Shown: positions 27,960 to 36,905 of the stretch, piece after piece
Position numbering within the stretch: position 1 is the stretch's first letter
Layout: the number at the start of each line of letters is the position of its first letter
Assembly: GCA_045545475.1 (NCBI GenBank)
Contig: JAZQAZ010000030.1
Span: 6,058-70,057, forward strand
Source: Clostridia bacterium
Lineage (GTDB): Bacteria > Bacillota > Clostridia > CAKSNL01 > HGM11501
Reading direction: 5' to 3'
Length of the DNA: 64,000 nt
Made by a program: the position numbers and the translations under genes
Notes under the pieces: model-generated
What the model was told of the DNA's origin: nothing
What the model saw: the letters and a program-made list of their open reading frames with translations, nothing else
Database searches by the model: none

Positions 27960-28694
27960 ATGGACCTTAATTTCAGTTTTCCAAAAGAACTCGCAAGGGT
28001 AAAGGATGAGAAAATTCCTGTTGTTTTGTGTGGCGGAACGGTGGAATATCACGGTGCTCACTGTTCTTTCGGATGCGACTCTTTAATTGCCGAAGGGCTT
28101 ATAAAAAAGCTTTCAGAAAAAAAAGAAATTATGATTTATCCCACGGTTTATTACAGCCCCTCAAGCTATGCCGTTGCCGACGAAACCAGCGGAACGGTAC
28201 ACATTGAAGAGGATGTCTTTGAAGCCTACCTTTTCGGGATATTTAAAAATATGCTTTATGCAGGGCTTCGTAACATTTATGTTGTAATACACCACCAGTT
28301 TGAATCTGAAAGCCTTATGCCGATGACGCTATCCTATATGAAGGCGGCAAAGCGTGCCACAATGCGCTATCTGGAGGAAACCCTTGGCAAAGGCTGGTGG
28401 GGCAGCGAAAGCTTTTCCGACTACTATGACAATCTCGGCGGAGGCGATGACCCGTTTTCCTGGATAAAGGTAATTCCTACAATGAGCACAGAAGTTCAGA
28501 AAGCAACCGGCTATGATCATGCCGGAAAATATGAGTGTTCTATTTTAATGGCATTATACCCTGACGCCGTAAAAAAAGAACGCATTAATGACATTCGTCA
28601 CTGGTTTTCCGAAAGTGCAAAGGATGCCTCCGTTGAATTGGGTAAAGAAATGATTGAAAAATCCCTCATATACTTGGATGAAAAGATAATATAA
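27960..28694 (+). CDS. creatininase (creatinine amidohydrolase) family protein
   Basis: IPVVLCGGTVEYHGAHCSFGCDSLIAEGL fits creatininase-family metal-binding N-terminus; start at MDLNF (AAGGAGG SD) not upstream in-frame ATG. Confidence 0.6.
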   Translation: MDLNFSFPKELARVKDEKIPVVLCGGTVEYHGAHCSFGCDSLIAEGLIKKLSEKKEIMIYPTVYYSPSSYAVADETSGTVHIEEDVFEAYLFGIFKNMLYAGLRNIYVVIHHQFESESLMPMTLSYMKAAKRATMRYLEETLGKGWWGSESFSDYYDNLGGGDDPFSWIKVIPTMSTEVQKATGYDHAGKYECSILMALYPDAVKKERINDIRHWFSESAKDASVELGKEMIEKSLIYLDEKII

Positions 28695-28730
28695 AAAACA
28701 GCAGGCGTTGCCTGCTGTTTTCATTTTTAC
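28695..28730. terminator. bidirectional terminator
   Basis: ACAGCAGGCGTTGCCTGCTGT + TTTCATTTTT. Confidence 0.7.
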
Positions 28731-28978
28731 TTATCAGAAAGATAATCGCTGAATACAACCTCCAAAAGTTCATCACGCTCAATCTTACTCATGATATTTC
28801 TTGCACCGTTATGGCTCGTGATGTAGCTGGGGTCGCCTGACATAATGTAACCCACAATCTGCCCAATGGGGTCATATCCTTTCTCTCTGAGTGCCGCACA
28901 CACGGTGCTTAAAGCAGCTCTTATTTCATCACCTCTGTCAAGGGGAAGATGAAACATTGTAGTGTTGTCTATATTCAT
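28727..28978 (-). CDS. IreB-family regulatory phosphoprotein (UPF0297)
   Basis: KGYDPIGQIVGYIMSGDPSYITS conserved UPF0297 core. Confidence 0.7.
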   Translation of the reverse strand: MNIDNTTMFHLPLDRGDEIRAALSTVCAALREKGYDPIGQIVGYIMSGDPSYITSHNGARNIMSKIERDELLEVVFSDYLSDK

Positions 28979-29065
28979 CGGTTACACCATCCTTTCACTC
29001 ATATAATACTACTGTTTTATGAAAAATTCAATACCTGAAATCAATTTTTAACAAACTCTTAACAT

Positions 29066-30772
29066 TTATTTTGATTCTGCCATTGCTTTTTCGTTTTCTT
29101 CCTTTTCAAGAACTGTATAGGCTACCTTTCCGACAAGAGTTTTCGGTAAGCTGTCACGGAACTCATATTCCCTGGGAAGAGCATATTTTGCAATATTCTT
29201 CTCGCAAAGCTCACGAATTTCATTCTTGAGTTCTTCCGTTGCAGTAAAGCCCGGCTTAAGCACGATAAATGCCTTTATTCTCTGCATACGATAGTCATCC
29301 TTTACACCGATTACCGTAGAAAGCATAACCGCCTCGTGGGAGTCGATTACATTTTCAATCTGAGAAGGATATACATTATATCCGCTTGTAACAATCATTC
29401 TCTTAAGTCTCTGCTTGAAATAGATAAAGCCATCCTCATCCATATAGCCAAGGTCACCTGTATGAAGCCATGTTCTTCCGTCTTCATGAATCTGCAACGT
29501 TTTTGCCGTTTCCTTAGGCTCATTAAGATAGCCTGTCATAAGAGTAGGGCCTGAGATGCATATTTCGCCAAGTTCACCCGGTTCTGCCTCATCAAAGGTA
29601 TCCGGAACCACGATTTTATAAAATACGTCGGGGAACGGCACACCGATGGATCCCTCTCTGTAGTATTCCTTCGGAGTAAGACAGCTTGCGGTTACACATT
29701 CGGTTAAGCCATAGCCTTCTCTGACCTGAATATGTGCTCCATGTTCCTTTAAGAATGCGTCAACCTTCTTCTTAAGGGAAACAGAAAGGCTGTCACCGCC
29801 TGAAAATACACCTTTAAGGCTTGATAAATCAATATCCTGCATACCTTCTGAACGCATCATCGCTTCAAAAAGCGTGGGCACACCCGCCATATAATTAGGC
29901 TTATATTTCTTGAAATGTCCTGCAAATTCCTTAACGTCAACCTTGGGAATAAGTGCACACATACCTCCGCCTAAAAGCATTGTATGTATACATACACCAA
30001 GACCAAAACCATGGAATACCGGCATTGCAGAAAGCATAATATCTCCCGCTGCAAAACATCCGCTTGCCGCTATCGTCTGAAGAGCAAGAGCGTTGAAATT
30101 GCGATTTGAAAGAAGTATACCCTTTGATGTTCCGGTTGTTCCTCCGCTGTACAAAATTGCCGCAGTATCCTCGCTTTCCGGAAGCGGGGGCATTGCTCCT
30201 GTATACTTTTTGCCACCTTCTATAAAGTCTTTATAGGTTATAACGTGCTCTGACGTTTCTATCTTTCTTTCGTGACCGATAAATTTATACGCCAGGCTCT
30301 TTATGGGGGGAAGTGCCTCTCCTATTTTTGTTACAATAACCCTTTTAAGATTAGACTTTCCTTCTATCGCCTCGAACTTCTTATAAAAGTCGGTAAGAGT
30401 TATTGCAAGAACGCTCTCAGATACATTGAGATAGAAAAGTATCTCGTTTTCTGCAGATAAGGGATGCACCATATTTGCAACCGCACCGATTTTGTTTATG
30501 GCATAGAGCATAATAATTGCCTGAGGCGTGTTGGGAAGGCAGATTGTAACCTTATCCCCCGGCTTTACTCCTTCTGCAAGAAGGGCTTTGGCACAAACGG
30601 AAATTTCTTTTACAAATTCCTTATAGGTTTTTGTGTTTCCCATAAAGTCGTATGCCTTATAGTCCGGATAATTTACCGCCGATTCAAGAACCATCTCATA
30701 CATTGACTTTTCGGGGTATGTAAGCGTTGCGGGCGTATCTCCGTAAAATTTAATCCATGCTTCAGAATTCAA
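29066..30772 (-). CDS. long-chain-fatty-acid--CoA ligase (AMP-binding)
   Basis: AMP-binding YSGGTTGTSKG, TGDLG, C-terminal lysine; N-terminus EAWIKFYGDTP resembles FadD KVWLNRYP; TTG start 9 nt after GGAGG. Confidence 0.8.
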   Translation of the reverse strand: MNSEAWIKFYGDTPATLTYPEKSMYEMVLESAVNYPDYKAYDFMGNTKTYKEFVKEISVCAKALLAEGVKPGDKVTICLPNTPQAIIMLYAINKIGAVANMVHPLSAENEILFYLNVSESVLAITLTDFYKKFEAIEGKSNLKRVIVTKIGEALPPIKSLAYKFIGHERKIETSEHVITYKDFIEGGKKYTGAMPPLPESEDTAAILYSGGTTGTSKGILLSNRNFNALALQTIAASGCFAAGDIMLSAMPVFHGFGLGVCIHTMLLGGGMCALIPKVDVKEFAGHFKKYKPNYMAGVPTLFEAMMRSEGMQDIDLSSLKGVFSGGDSLSVSLKKKVDAFLKEHGAHIQVREGYGLTECVTASCLTPKEYYREGSIGVPFPDVFYKIVVPDTFDEAEPGELGEICISGPTLMTGYLNEPKETAKTLQIHEDGRTWLHTGDLGYMDEDGFIYFKQRLKRMIVTSGYNVYPSQIENVIDSHEAVMLSTVIGVKDDYRMQRIKAFIVLKPGFTATEELKNEIRELCEKNIAKYALPREYEFRDSLPKTLVGKVAYTVLEKEENEKAMAESK

Positions 30773-31628
30773 AGTCAATCGCCTCCGAAAGTGGTTTATC
30801 AAGTAAATAAGGATTTTTAAATAAATGCTTAACAAGCTTTAATGAACGGGCAAAATAAAACCCGTCTGCTATTCTTTCGTCAAGCGTAACGCCAATTGAC
30901 ACAACATCACGGGGAACGAAATTTCCTTCCTCGTCAGCTATCAATTCCTTATGAATAACGCCGATTGTTATGACAACACTGTTGGTTCCGAAGTTGTTCA
31001 GGTGGTGATATACCGCATCACACTTTATGCTTCCGAGATTGGATAAAAGCACCGAGCAGTAATTTATATCCACGTCGGTAACCATACGTGGCATAATGCC
31101 GTGAGAATCCGCAAAACGCATAACTCCCATAAAGGCATGCATTAAAAGCTTGGGAAAATGCTTGACAACATTCAAGATGTCGTCCGGGTTTTTCGTCTTC
31201 TTTCCGCTTCTGGTTTTTGTAAGCCAGCTTGTTATTCCATCGGTAATATCGGTAAGAACTTCATCTTCCTTGACTTTGTAAATCATAAGCGTTTCTTCGG
31301 CATGATCTGTAAACTGCTTTTTAACCGTAAATCCTAATGTTATATCGTTTCTGTCATAAAAACGTTTTCCCGAAATATAGCGATTTAAAAGCGGTCTCAT
31401 TTTGACAGTTCTTGCAACGGCTGCAAGGAAGCAATGAAAAAGTGTAACTTTGCGTTCCCCACTCGCATTCTTCTCCGCAATATAACGAAGAAGTTCTGTT
31501 ACATCGATGGTTTCATTTATATATACCTCTGCGTCCGTCCTCTTCGGCATAAGATATGCCATATAGTGATGCATTCCGTCAAGATTCCTTACTTTTACAG
31601 CATCACGTCTGTCTCCCCATTTTCTCAC
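30762..31628 (-). CDS. 2-oxoacid-dehydrogenase-E2 / CAT-fold acyltransferase-like protein
   Basis: C-terminal VTLDERIADGFYFARSL aligns to E2 catalytic motif DHRxxDG (His apparently replaced by Glu). Confidence 0.5.
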   Translation of the reverse strand: MRKWGDRRDAVKVRNLDGMHHYMAYLMPKRTDAEVYINETIDVTELLRYIAEKNASGERKVTLFHCFLAAVARTVKMRPLLNRYISGKRFYDRNDITLGFTVKKQFTDHAEETLMIYKVKEDEVLTDITDGITSWLTKTRSGKKTKNPDDILNVVKHFPKLLMHAFMGVMRFADSHGIMPRMVTDVDINYCSVLLSNLGSIKCDAVYHHLNNFGTNSVVITIGVIHKELIADEEGNFVPRDVVSIGVTLDERIADGFYFARSLKLVKHLFKNPYLLDKPLSEAIDFEF

Positions 31629-31771
31629 ATAATCATCCCCTTATATCTCATATGGACATAACTAGTATATTATACTACCTTTTTCGACATTTGTCAAATC
31701 CAAGAGAATTATTGACATAAGTTTGTTTTTTAATTATAATATATCTATTCATCTTTGAAAGGAAGGTTCGC

Positions 31772-32989
31772 ATGGAACGCTGTTTTCCTAAAGCAAAAAT
31801 AACAAAAAAAGGGGAACTTGCCTTAAAAAGCGGTCACCCCTGGGTTTTCGATGCCGAAGTCAAGGAGGTTTCCGCCTCCTATGAAAACGGCGATTTAGTT
31901 GACGTTTTCTCCGAAAAGGACCGTTATCTTGGCACCGGATACATAAATGACAACTCCAAAATCCGCATAAGACTCATTTCCCGAAACGCCAACGATAAAT
32001 TCGATGAAGATTTTTACCGTCGCCGCATCCGCTGGGCGTTAGAGTACAGAAAGACAGTTATGGGAGAAGATTTTTCCGCTTGCCGTTTAATTTTCGGTGA
32101 AGCAGATATGTTTCCCGGCCTCACAGTGGATAAGTTTTCGGACATATTATCAGTTCAGGTTTTATCCCTCGGAACAGAACGTATAAAGGATATGCTCTTT
32201 AAGATACTTATCGAAACCCTAAAAGAAATGGGAGAACCGATACGCGCCATATATGAGCGTAACGATGTTGCCATCCGTGAAAAAGAGGGCCTTACCCAAT
32301 ACAAGGGGTTCTATAAGTCAGAAGGACTTTCTGACAATCTTGACGGCCATGTAAAAATAAACGAAAACGGCATCATTTATGATGTTGACTACATAAACGG
32401 ACAAAAAACAGGCTTCTTTCTTGACCAGAAATATAATCGCCTTGCCATAAGAAAAATTGCTAAAGGCCGCCGTGTACTTGACTGTTTCACTCACACAGGT
32501 TCCTTTGCTCTCAATGCAGCAGCCGGCGGAGCGGAATATGTAAATGCCGTGGATATTTCAGAGGAAGCCTTGTCAACAGCAAAGAAAAATGCAGAGCTTA
32601 ATTCTCTTTCCCTTGATTTTACCAAGGCGGATGTGTTCGACTTACTTACAGAAATGGAAAGCTCAAAAAAATGCGACTACGATTTCATAATTTTAGACCC
32701 TCCCGCCTTTACCAAGAGCAGTGCGACTGTTAAAAACGCTTACTACGGATACAAAGAGATAAACAAAAAAGCAATGAAGCTACTTCCAAGGGGCGGTTAT
32801 TTCGCAACCTGTTCCTGCTCTCATTTCATGAAAAACGAGTTATTTGTAAAGATGCTTAAGGAGGCAGCAGCAGAGGCTTCTGTATCTCTCAGACAGATAG
32901 AATGTCGCCAGCAAAGCTCCGATCATCCTATTTTATGGAATGTTCCGGAAACGGATTACTTAAAGTTTTACATTTTCCAGATTGTATAA
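31772..32989 (+). CDS. class I SAM-dependent rRNA methyltransferase (RlmI-like, PUA + MTase)
   Basis: N-terminal PUA-like, C-terminal Rossmann (VLDCFTHTGSFAL). Confidence 0.7.
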   Translation: MERCFPKAKITKKGELALKSGHPWVFDAEVKEVSASYENGDLVDVFSEKDRYLGTGYINDNSKIRIRLISRNANDKFDEDFYRRRIRWALEYRKTVMGEDFSACRLIFGEADMFPGLTVDKFSDILSVQVLSLGTERIKDMLFKILIETLKEMGEPIRAIYERNDVAIREKEGLTQYKGFYKSEGLSDNLDGHVKINENGIIYDVDYINGQKTGFFLDQKYNRLAIRKIAKGRRVLDCFTHTGSFALNAAAGGAEYVNAVDISEEALSTAKKNAELNSLSLDFTKADVFDLLTEMESSKKCDYDFIILDPPAFTKSSATVKNAYYGYKEINKKAMKLLPRGGYFATCSCSHFMKNELFVKMLKEAAAEASVSLRQIECRQQSSDHPILWNVPETDYLKFYIFQIV

Positions 32990-33020
32990 AAAAACGAAGG
33001 AAATCCTTCGTTTTTTATTT
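32990..33020. terminator. bidirectional terminator
   Basis: ACGAAGGAAATCCTTCGT + TTTTTT. Confidence 0.7.
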
Positions 33021-33455
33021 TGTTATTCTGTCGAGCAGCTCGCAAAAAGCTTTTTTATAAGCTTCATCATCCGCTGCAGTTCTCTTCCTTGGCCCCTTTA
33101 TCCTTTTACCGCTCCTAAGTGCTTTTTTTGCCTCATAACGGTCTGCAAGAAGAAAATCAATATTATCCGATGTATACAAAAGTCCATCCTGGCGGATGAC
33201 ATAAGCCCCTTTTGCAAGACACATGGACGCAAGACCGTAGTCCTGGGTTACCACAACATCTCCCGCATAAGCATTATTAGCTATCACGAAATCAGCACTG
33301 TCCGCACCCTTATCCACGGTAATGCACTCCGCATCTTCATGTCTGAATTCATGTGCTGTGTCAGAAAAAATCTTTACCTCTATTCCTCTTTTTACGCCTT
33401 CTTTCACCGTTATATCAGTGACAGGACAGCCATCTGCATCAATTAAAATTTTCAC
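33015..33455 (-). CDS. YaiI/YqxD-family protein (UPF0178/DUF188)
   Basis: MKILIDADGCPV N-terminus. Confidence 0.65.
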   Translation of the reverse strand: MKILIDADGCPVTDITVKEGVKRGIEVKIFSDTAHEFRHEDAECITVDKGADSADFVIANNAYAGDVVVTQDYGLASMCLAKGAYVIRQDGLLYTSDNIDFLLADRYEAKKALRSGKRIKGPRKRTAADDEAYKKAFCELLDRITK

Positions 33456-33463
33456 GCTTCACC

Positions 33464-34387
33464 TCAGAAAAAGAACTCATATAATATATCAAGGTCCTCA
33501 GTATATCTTTCATCAAGGAAGAATTCAATAAGAAGATTTTTCGCTTCTTTTCTGTATTCTTTCTGCATTTTTCTGTACACTTTCTTTGATTCGGATGCTG
33601 CCGTTTTATAATCATATGCAGGATCCGCAAGATAATTTTCCATGTTAGCAGCTATCAATTCAAACAAACCCTTTATTTCAGCCACTTCCGTTCTGTACAC
33701 AAGATCCTGACGTATTGCCGTAATGACCCTTATAAGTCTTCCTTCAAGTTCCTTACGCTCGACGGAATTTAAGTTAAACTCCGGAACATCCGGAAGCTCC
33801 GATAATACAAACTGAGAAAGTATGACACAAGCTTCTTCCCTTGTAATTTCTTCAGTCGCTCTAAAGAACCCGTTTTCGTCGGTTTCGATAAGAAAATTCG
33901 AAAGCATTTTCTTTACGCTTTCTTCCGCCCATGGAGATACTGCATCATTCAAGGTTACTTCCACAGGAAGCATTGTAAAGCTCATAATATTATCAAGCAT
34001 AACGCAAACCTGTTCACGGGTAAGTAAGTCATCAGGCCCGAAAAGAGAATTTCCGTAGCCTTTTATATACCCTGCGTTAACTGCAATCGCAACATCTTCA
34101 TAATACCAGGCATCTTCAGATACATCAGAAAAATCAATTTCCGTCTTGGTTTCGTACATAAACACTCTATTTATTATTTTTACGGCCTGAGCACGTGTCA
34201 ATGTGTCATCCGGACCAAAGAATCCATTTCCGTAGCCTGATATTATTCCTTTTTCGCTCATGGCATAAATTGCTTTTCCGCCCACCGTCTGAGTGTCCAC
34301 ATCATAAAACTTAACATTGGCACAGACACTTACAACCAAAATGCACGCCAAAGTCAGTAATGCCGTTATTTTTTTCATGATATTCAT
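33464..34387 (-). CDS. S-layer homology (SLH) domain protein
   Basis: Signal peptide, three SLH repeats (FxDV....WYxxxVxxxxxxGxxxGY). Confidence 0.75.
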   Translation of the reverse strand: MNIMKKITALLTLACILVVSVCANVKFYDVDTQTVGGKAIYAMSEKGIISGYGNGFFGPDDTLTRAQAVKIINRVFMYETKTEIDFSDVSEDAWYYEDVAIAVNAGYIKGYGNSLFGPDDLLTREQVCVMLDNIMSFTMLPVEVTLNDAVSPWAEESVKKMLSNFLIETDENGFFRATEEITREEACVILSQFVLSELPDVPEFNLNSVERKELEGRLIRVITAIRQDLVYRTEVAEIKGLFELIAANMENYLADPAYDYKTAASESKKVYRKMQKEYRKEAKNLLIEFFLDERYTEDLDILYEFFF

Positions 34388-34394
34388 TCCTTTA

Positions 34395-35159
34395 TTATTT
34401 CAAAATGCTCATATAGTCTGCCTTTTTCGCAGCCTTTTCAGAATTGTATGCCTGTCTTATTACGCCAATCACCGAAATATCCGCTCCCGCTTCCGTAAGC
34501 TCAGTTTTCATTTCGGCAAGGAGTGATTCCACCTGGCTGTCGCACTCGCTTTCAAGACTTAAAGCGTAATTTATATATTTGCTTGCAAAAGATGCTTTCG
34601 AAAGACTTTTCTTTTGTTCCTTTGTCAATGCAGAATAATCGCTTTTTGCCTGGGATTCAATGCTTCCCAGCTGTCCCAGATAATACGCTTTAAGACTGTA
34701 AAACTTAGCGGTATACCTTTTTATTATATCACTTCCCGGATTTTTTTCCTTCGCTTTATCTTTTGAATCCGCTTTATCAGAATTCTCTTCATTTACCGCA
34801 GAAGTTTTATTTTCTTCTGGCACGTCAGCAGAAGGTTCTTCATTTTCTTCAATTAAAGTACCCTCATTTTCCTCAACAGAAGGTTCTTCTCCCAAAAGCA
34901 ATTCAACAGCTTCATCCACCGTAATTTCTCCGCTTGCTATTTTTTCTTCTTCTTCAGGAGTAAAATTTCTCGGCATATCTTCACCGTATTCTTTTATTTT
35001 ATCCTCAAGATCCTTTCTGTTATTTTCTATAATCTGCTCTACACCGGCTTTATCATTAGTCATAAACAGATATAATGCCTTTATATTGTTTCTCTGCCAA
35101 AAACACAAGGCCACAATTAAAGCTATTGCTACCAGTAAAGCAATCATCCATTTTTTCAT
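34395..35159 (-). CDS. membrane-anchored hypothetical protein with acidic low-complexity region
   Basis: N-terminal TM, E/D-rich segment, no recognisable domain. Confidence 0.4.
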   Translation of the reverse strand: MKKWMIALLVAIALIVALCFWQRNNIKALYLFMTNDKAGVEQIIENNRKDLEDKIKEYGEDMPRNFTPEEEEKIASGEITVDEAVELLLGEEPSVEENEGTLIEENEEPSADVPEENKTSAVNEENSDKADSKDKAKEKNPGSDIIKRYTAKFYSLKAYYLGQLGSIESQAKSDYSALTKEQKKSLSKASFASKYINYALSLESECDSQVESLLAEMKTELTEAGADISVIGVIRQAYNSEKAAKKADYMSILK

Positions 35160-35296
35160 AAAACTAACCCTTTCCAGAAATCTTATATATTATACAGTAT
35201 ACCACTTTAGAGGCTCCCCGTCAATACAAGTGATTTTAAATTTAATTAGCCTCTTTACAAAATTCTCTTTTTGTTATATAATATAATCGATAATTT

Positions 35297-36100
35297 ATGA
35301 TATATCAAAATACTATCAATACCAATTGGGGTGATTTTTTGGAACTCAACATAAGACAACTCTTCTTTATCATTTTGAAAAAATTGCCGATCATAATATC
35401 TTGCGGACTGGTCTTAGCATTATTGATGTTCTTGTACTCAACATTTATGGTGACTCCACTTTACACATCTTCCGCAATGCTTTCAATTCAGGCAAGTGAA
35501 AACCGTGGAGACTACAAATCAGTTACCACCGCCGACTATACCGTTTCGGTAGAATTGGTTTCAACCATCTCAGAATTAATTAAAAATGATTCTTGCCTAA
35601 ATATCGTCAGCAACATTTCAGAACTTAACCGATATTATAGTCTTTGGCAATTAAGAAACATGGTATCAATATCTTCAAGTGGAACAGAAAACTTTAATAT
35701 AAAAGTTTCTTGTCCTAACCCGGAACATTCATTGCTTTTAGTAAACGCCTTTGCCGATGTTGTGTCCGATTCCTCTTTTGTTAACGGAAATATTGTAAAC
35801 GCAGATGACAAGGATCCCAACAGAGGATACATCAAAAAAATACTTAAAGCCGGTACCGTAACCTTAATTTCCGGAGCAAAATCTGTTCCGCTCAGACCTT
35901 CTTCACCAAATGTGCCAAGAAACACTTTCTTGGGATTTTTGGTTGGGTTTGCATTGGCTTGTGCTTTTTTCATAATCAAGGACTTATTCAGCAGCAAAGT
36001 TCTTACAGAAGATGATATCGAAACATTATTACCGGATCTCCCATCTCTCGGAACTGTACCGGTAATTAATAACTCTCCGAAGGGAAGTGAGTACAGATGA
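35297..36100 (+). CDS. Wzz/CpsC-type polysaccharide co-polymerase (BY-kinase transmembrane modulator)
   Basis: Two TM helices flanking periplasmic domain; overlaps downstream kinase gene by 4 nt. Confidence 0.65.
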   Translation: MIYQNTINTNWGDFLELNIRQLFFIILKKLPIIISCGLVLALLMFLYSTFMVTPLYTSSAMLSIQASENRGDYKSVTTADYTVSVELVSTISELIKNDSCLNIVSNISELNRYYSLWQLRNMVSISSSGTENFNIKVSCPNPEHSLLLVNAFADVVSDSSFVNGNIVNADDKDPNRGYIKKILKAGTVTLISGAKSVPLRPSSPNVPRNTFLGFLVGFALACAFFIIKDLFSSKVLTEDDIETLLPDLPSLGTVPVINNSPKGSEYR

Positions 36101-36867
36101 AAATGACATCTAAAACAAAGGCATCATCTCATTCATCTAAATCACTTGTCCCTAATTGTGATTTTTTGACAAACGAATCGTACAAAGCAATAAGAACAAA
36201 CATTTTACATTTATTAAAAGACTTCGAATCCAAAATTATTTTAATAACTAGTCCTTATGCAAGTGCCGGCAAAACAACCTCAACAGCAAATCTTGCCATA
36301 ACTTTTTCACAACTTGGGCAAAAAGTGCTTGTTGTTGATGCTGATATGCGTAAATCCGCATTACACAGATTGTTCTCTATGTCTTCAACTCCCGGTCTTT
36401 CAAATGTACTTACCGGAACAAATCATACCGAGGTTATAAAAAAGACTCCATATGACAATCTTTATCTTCTTCCCGCAGGAGCCGTTCCTCAGAATCCATC
36501 TGAACTTTTACACTCCGAAAGATTTTCTGAGTTGCTTAAAACACTTTCATCAGAATATGATTGTATTTTCATAGATACCCCCCCCGTTGATGCTGTAACC
36601 GATGCAGTTATAATAAGCCAGCAAACTACCGGCACATTACTTGTCATCAGACAGAACTCAACAGAAAAAGACGCTTTAATACGTACTGTAAACACATTAA
36701 ACAATGTAAAAGCCAATATTTTAGGATATATATTGAACGCTGTTGACTACGATAAATTTTCTTACAGGTACGGTCACTATTACGGAAGATACGGAGGCAA
36801 ATACTCCTCCAAGTATTATAGTTATTCAACAGATAATACAGAAAGAAATACTCACGAAGAAGAATAA
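36097..36867 (+). CDS. CpsD/CapB-family tyrosine-protein kinase (BY-kinase catalytic subunit)
   Basis: Walker A SPYASAGKTT, Walker A' VVDADMRK, C-terminal tyrosine cluster YRYGHYYGRYGGKYSSKYYSY. Confidence 0.8.
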   Translation: MKMTSKTKASSHSSKSLVPNCDFLTNESYKAIRTNILHLLKDFESKIILITSPYASAGKTTSTANLAITFSQLGQKVLVVDADMRKSALHRLFSMSSTPGLSNVLTGTNHTEVIKKTPYDNLYLLPAGAVPQNPSELLHSERFSELLKTLSSEYDCIFIDTPPVDAVTDAVIISQQTTGTLLVIRQNSTEKDALIRTVNTLNNVKANILGYILNAVDYDKFSYRYGHYYGRYGGKYSSKYYSYSTDNTERNTHEEE

Positions 36868-36869
36868 AC

Positions 36870-36905
36870 AAAAAGGCTTCAGCCAACGGCTGAAGCCTTT
36901 TTATC
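36870..36905. terminator. bidirectional terminator
   Basis: AAGGCTTCAGCCAACGGCTGAAGCCTT + TTTT. Confidence 0.7.

Noticed and set aside
33822-34058. 78-aa plus-strand ORF
   Set aside because: Antisense to SLH protein gene.
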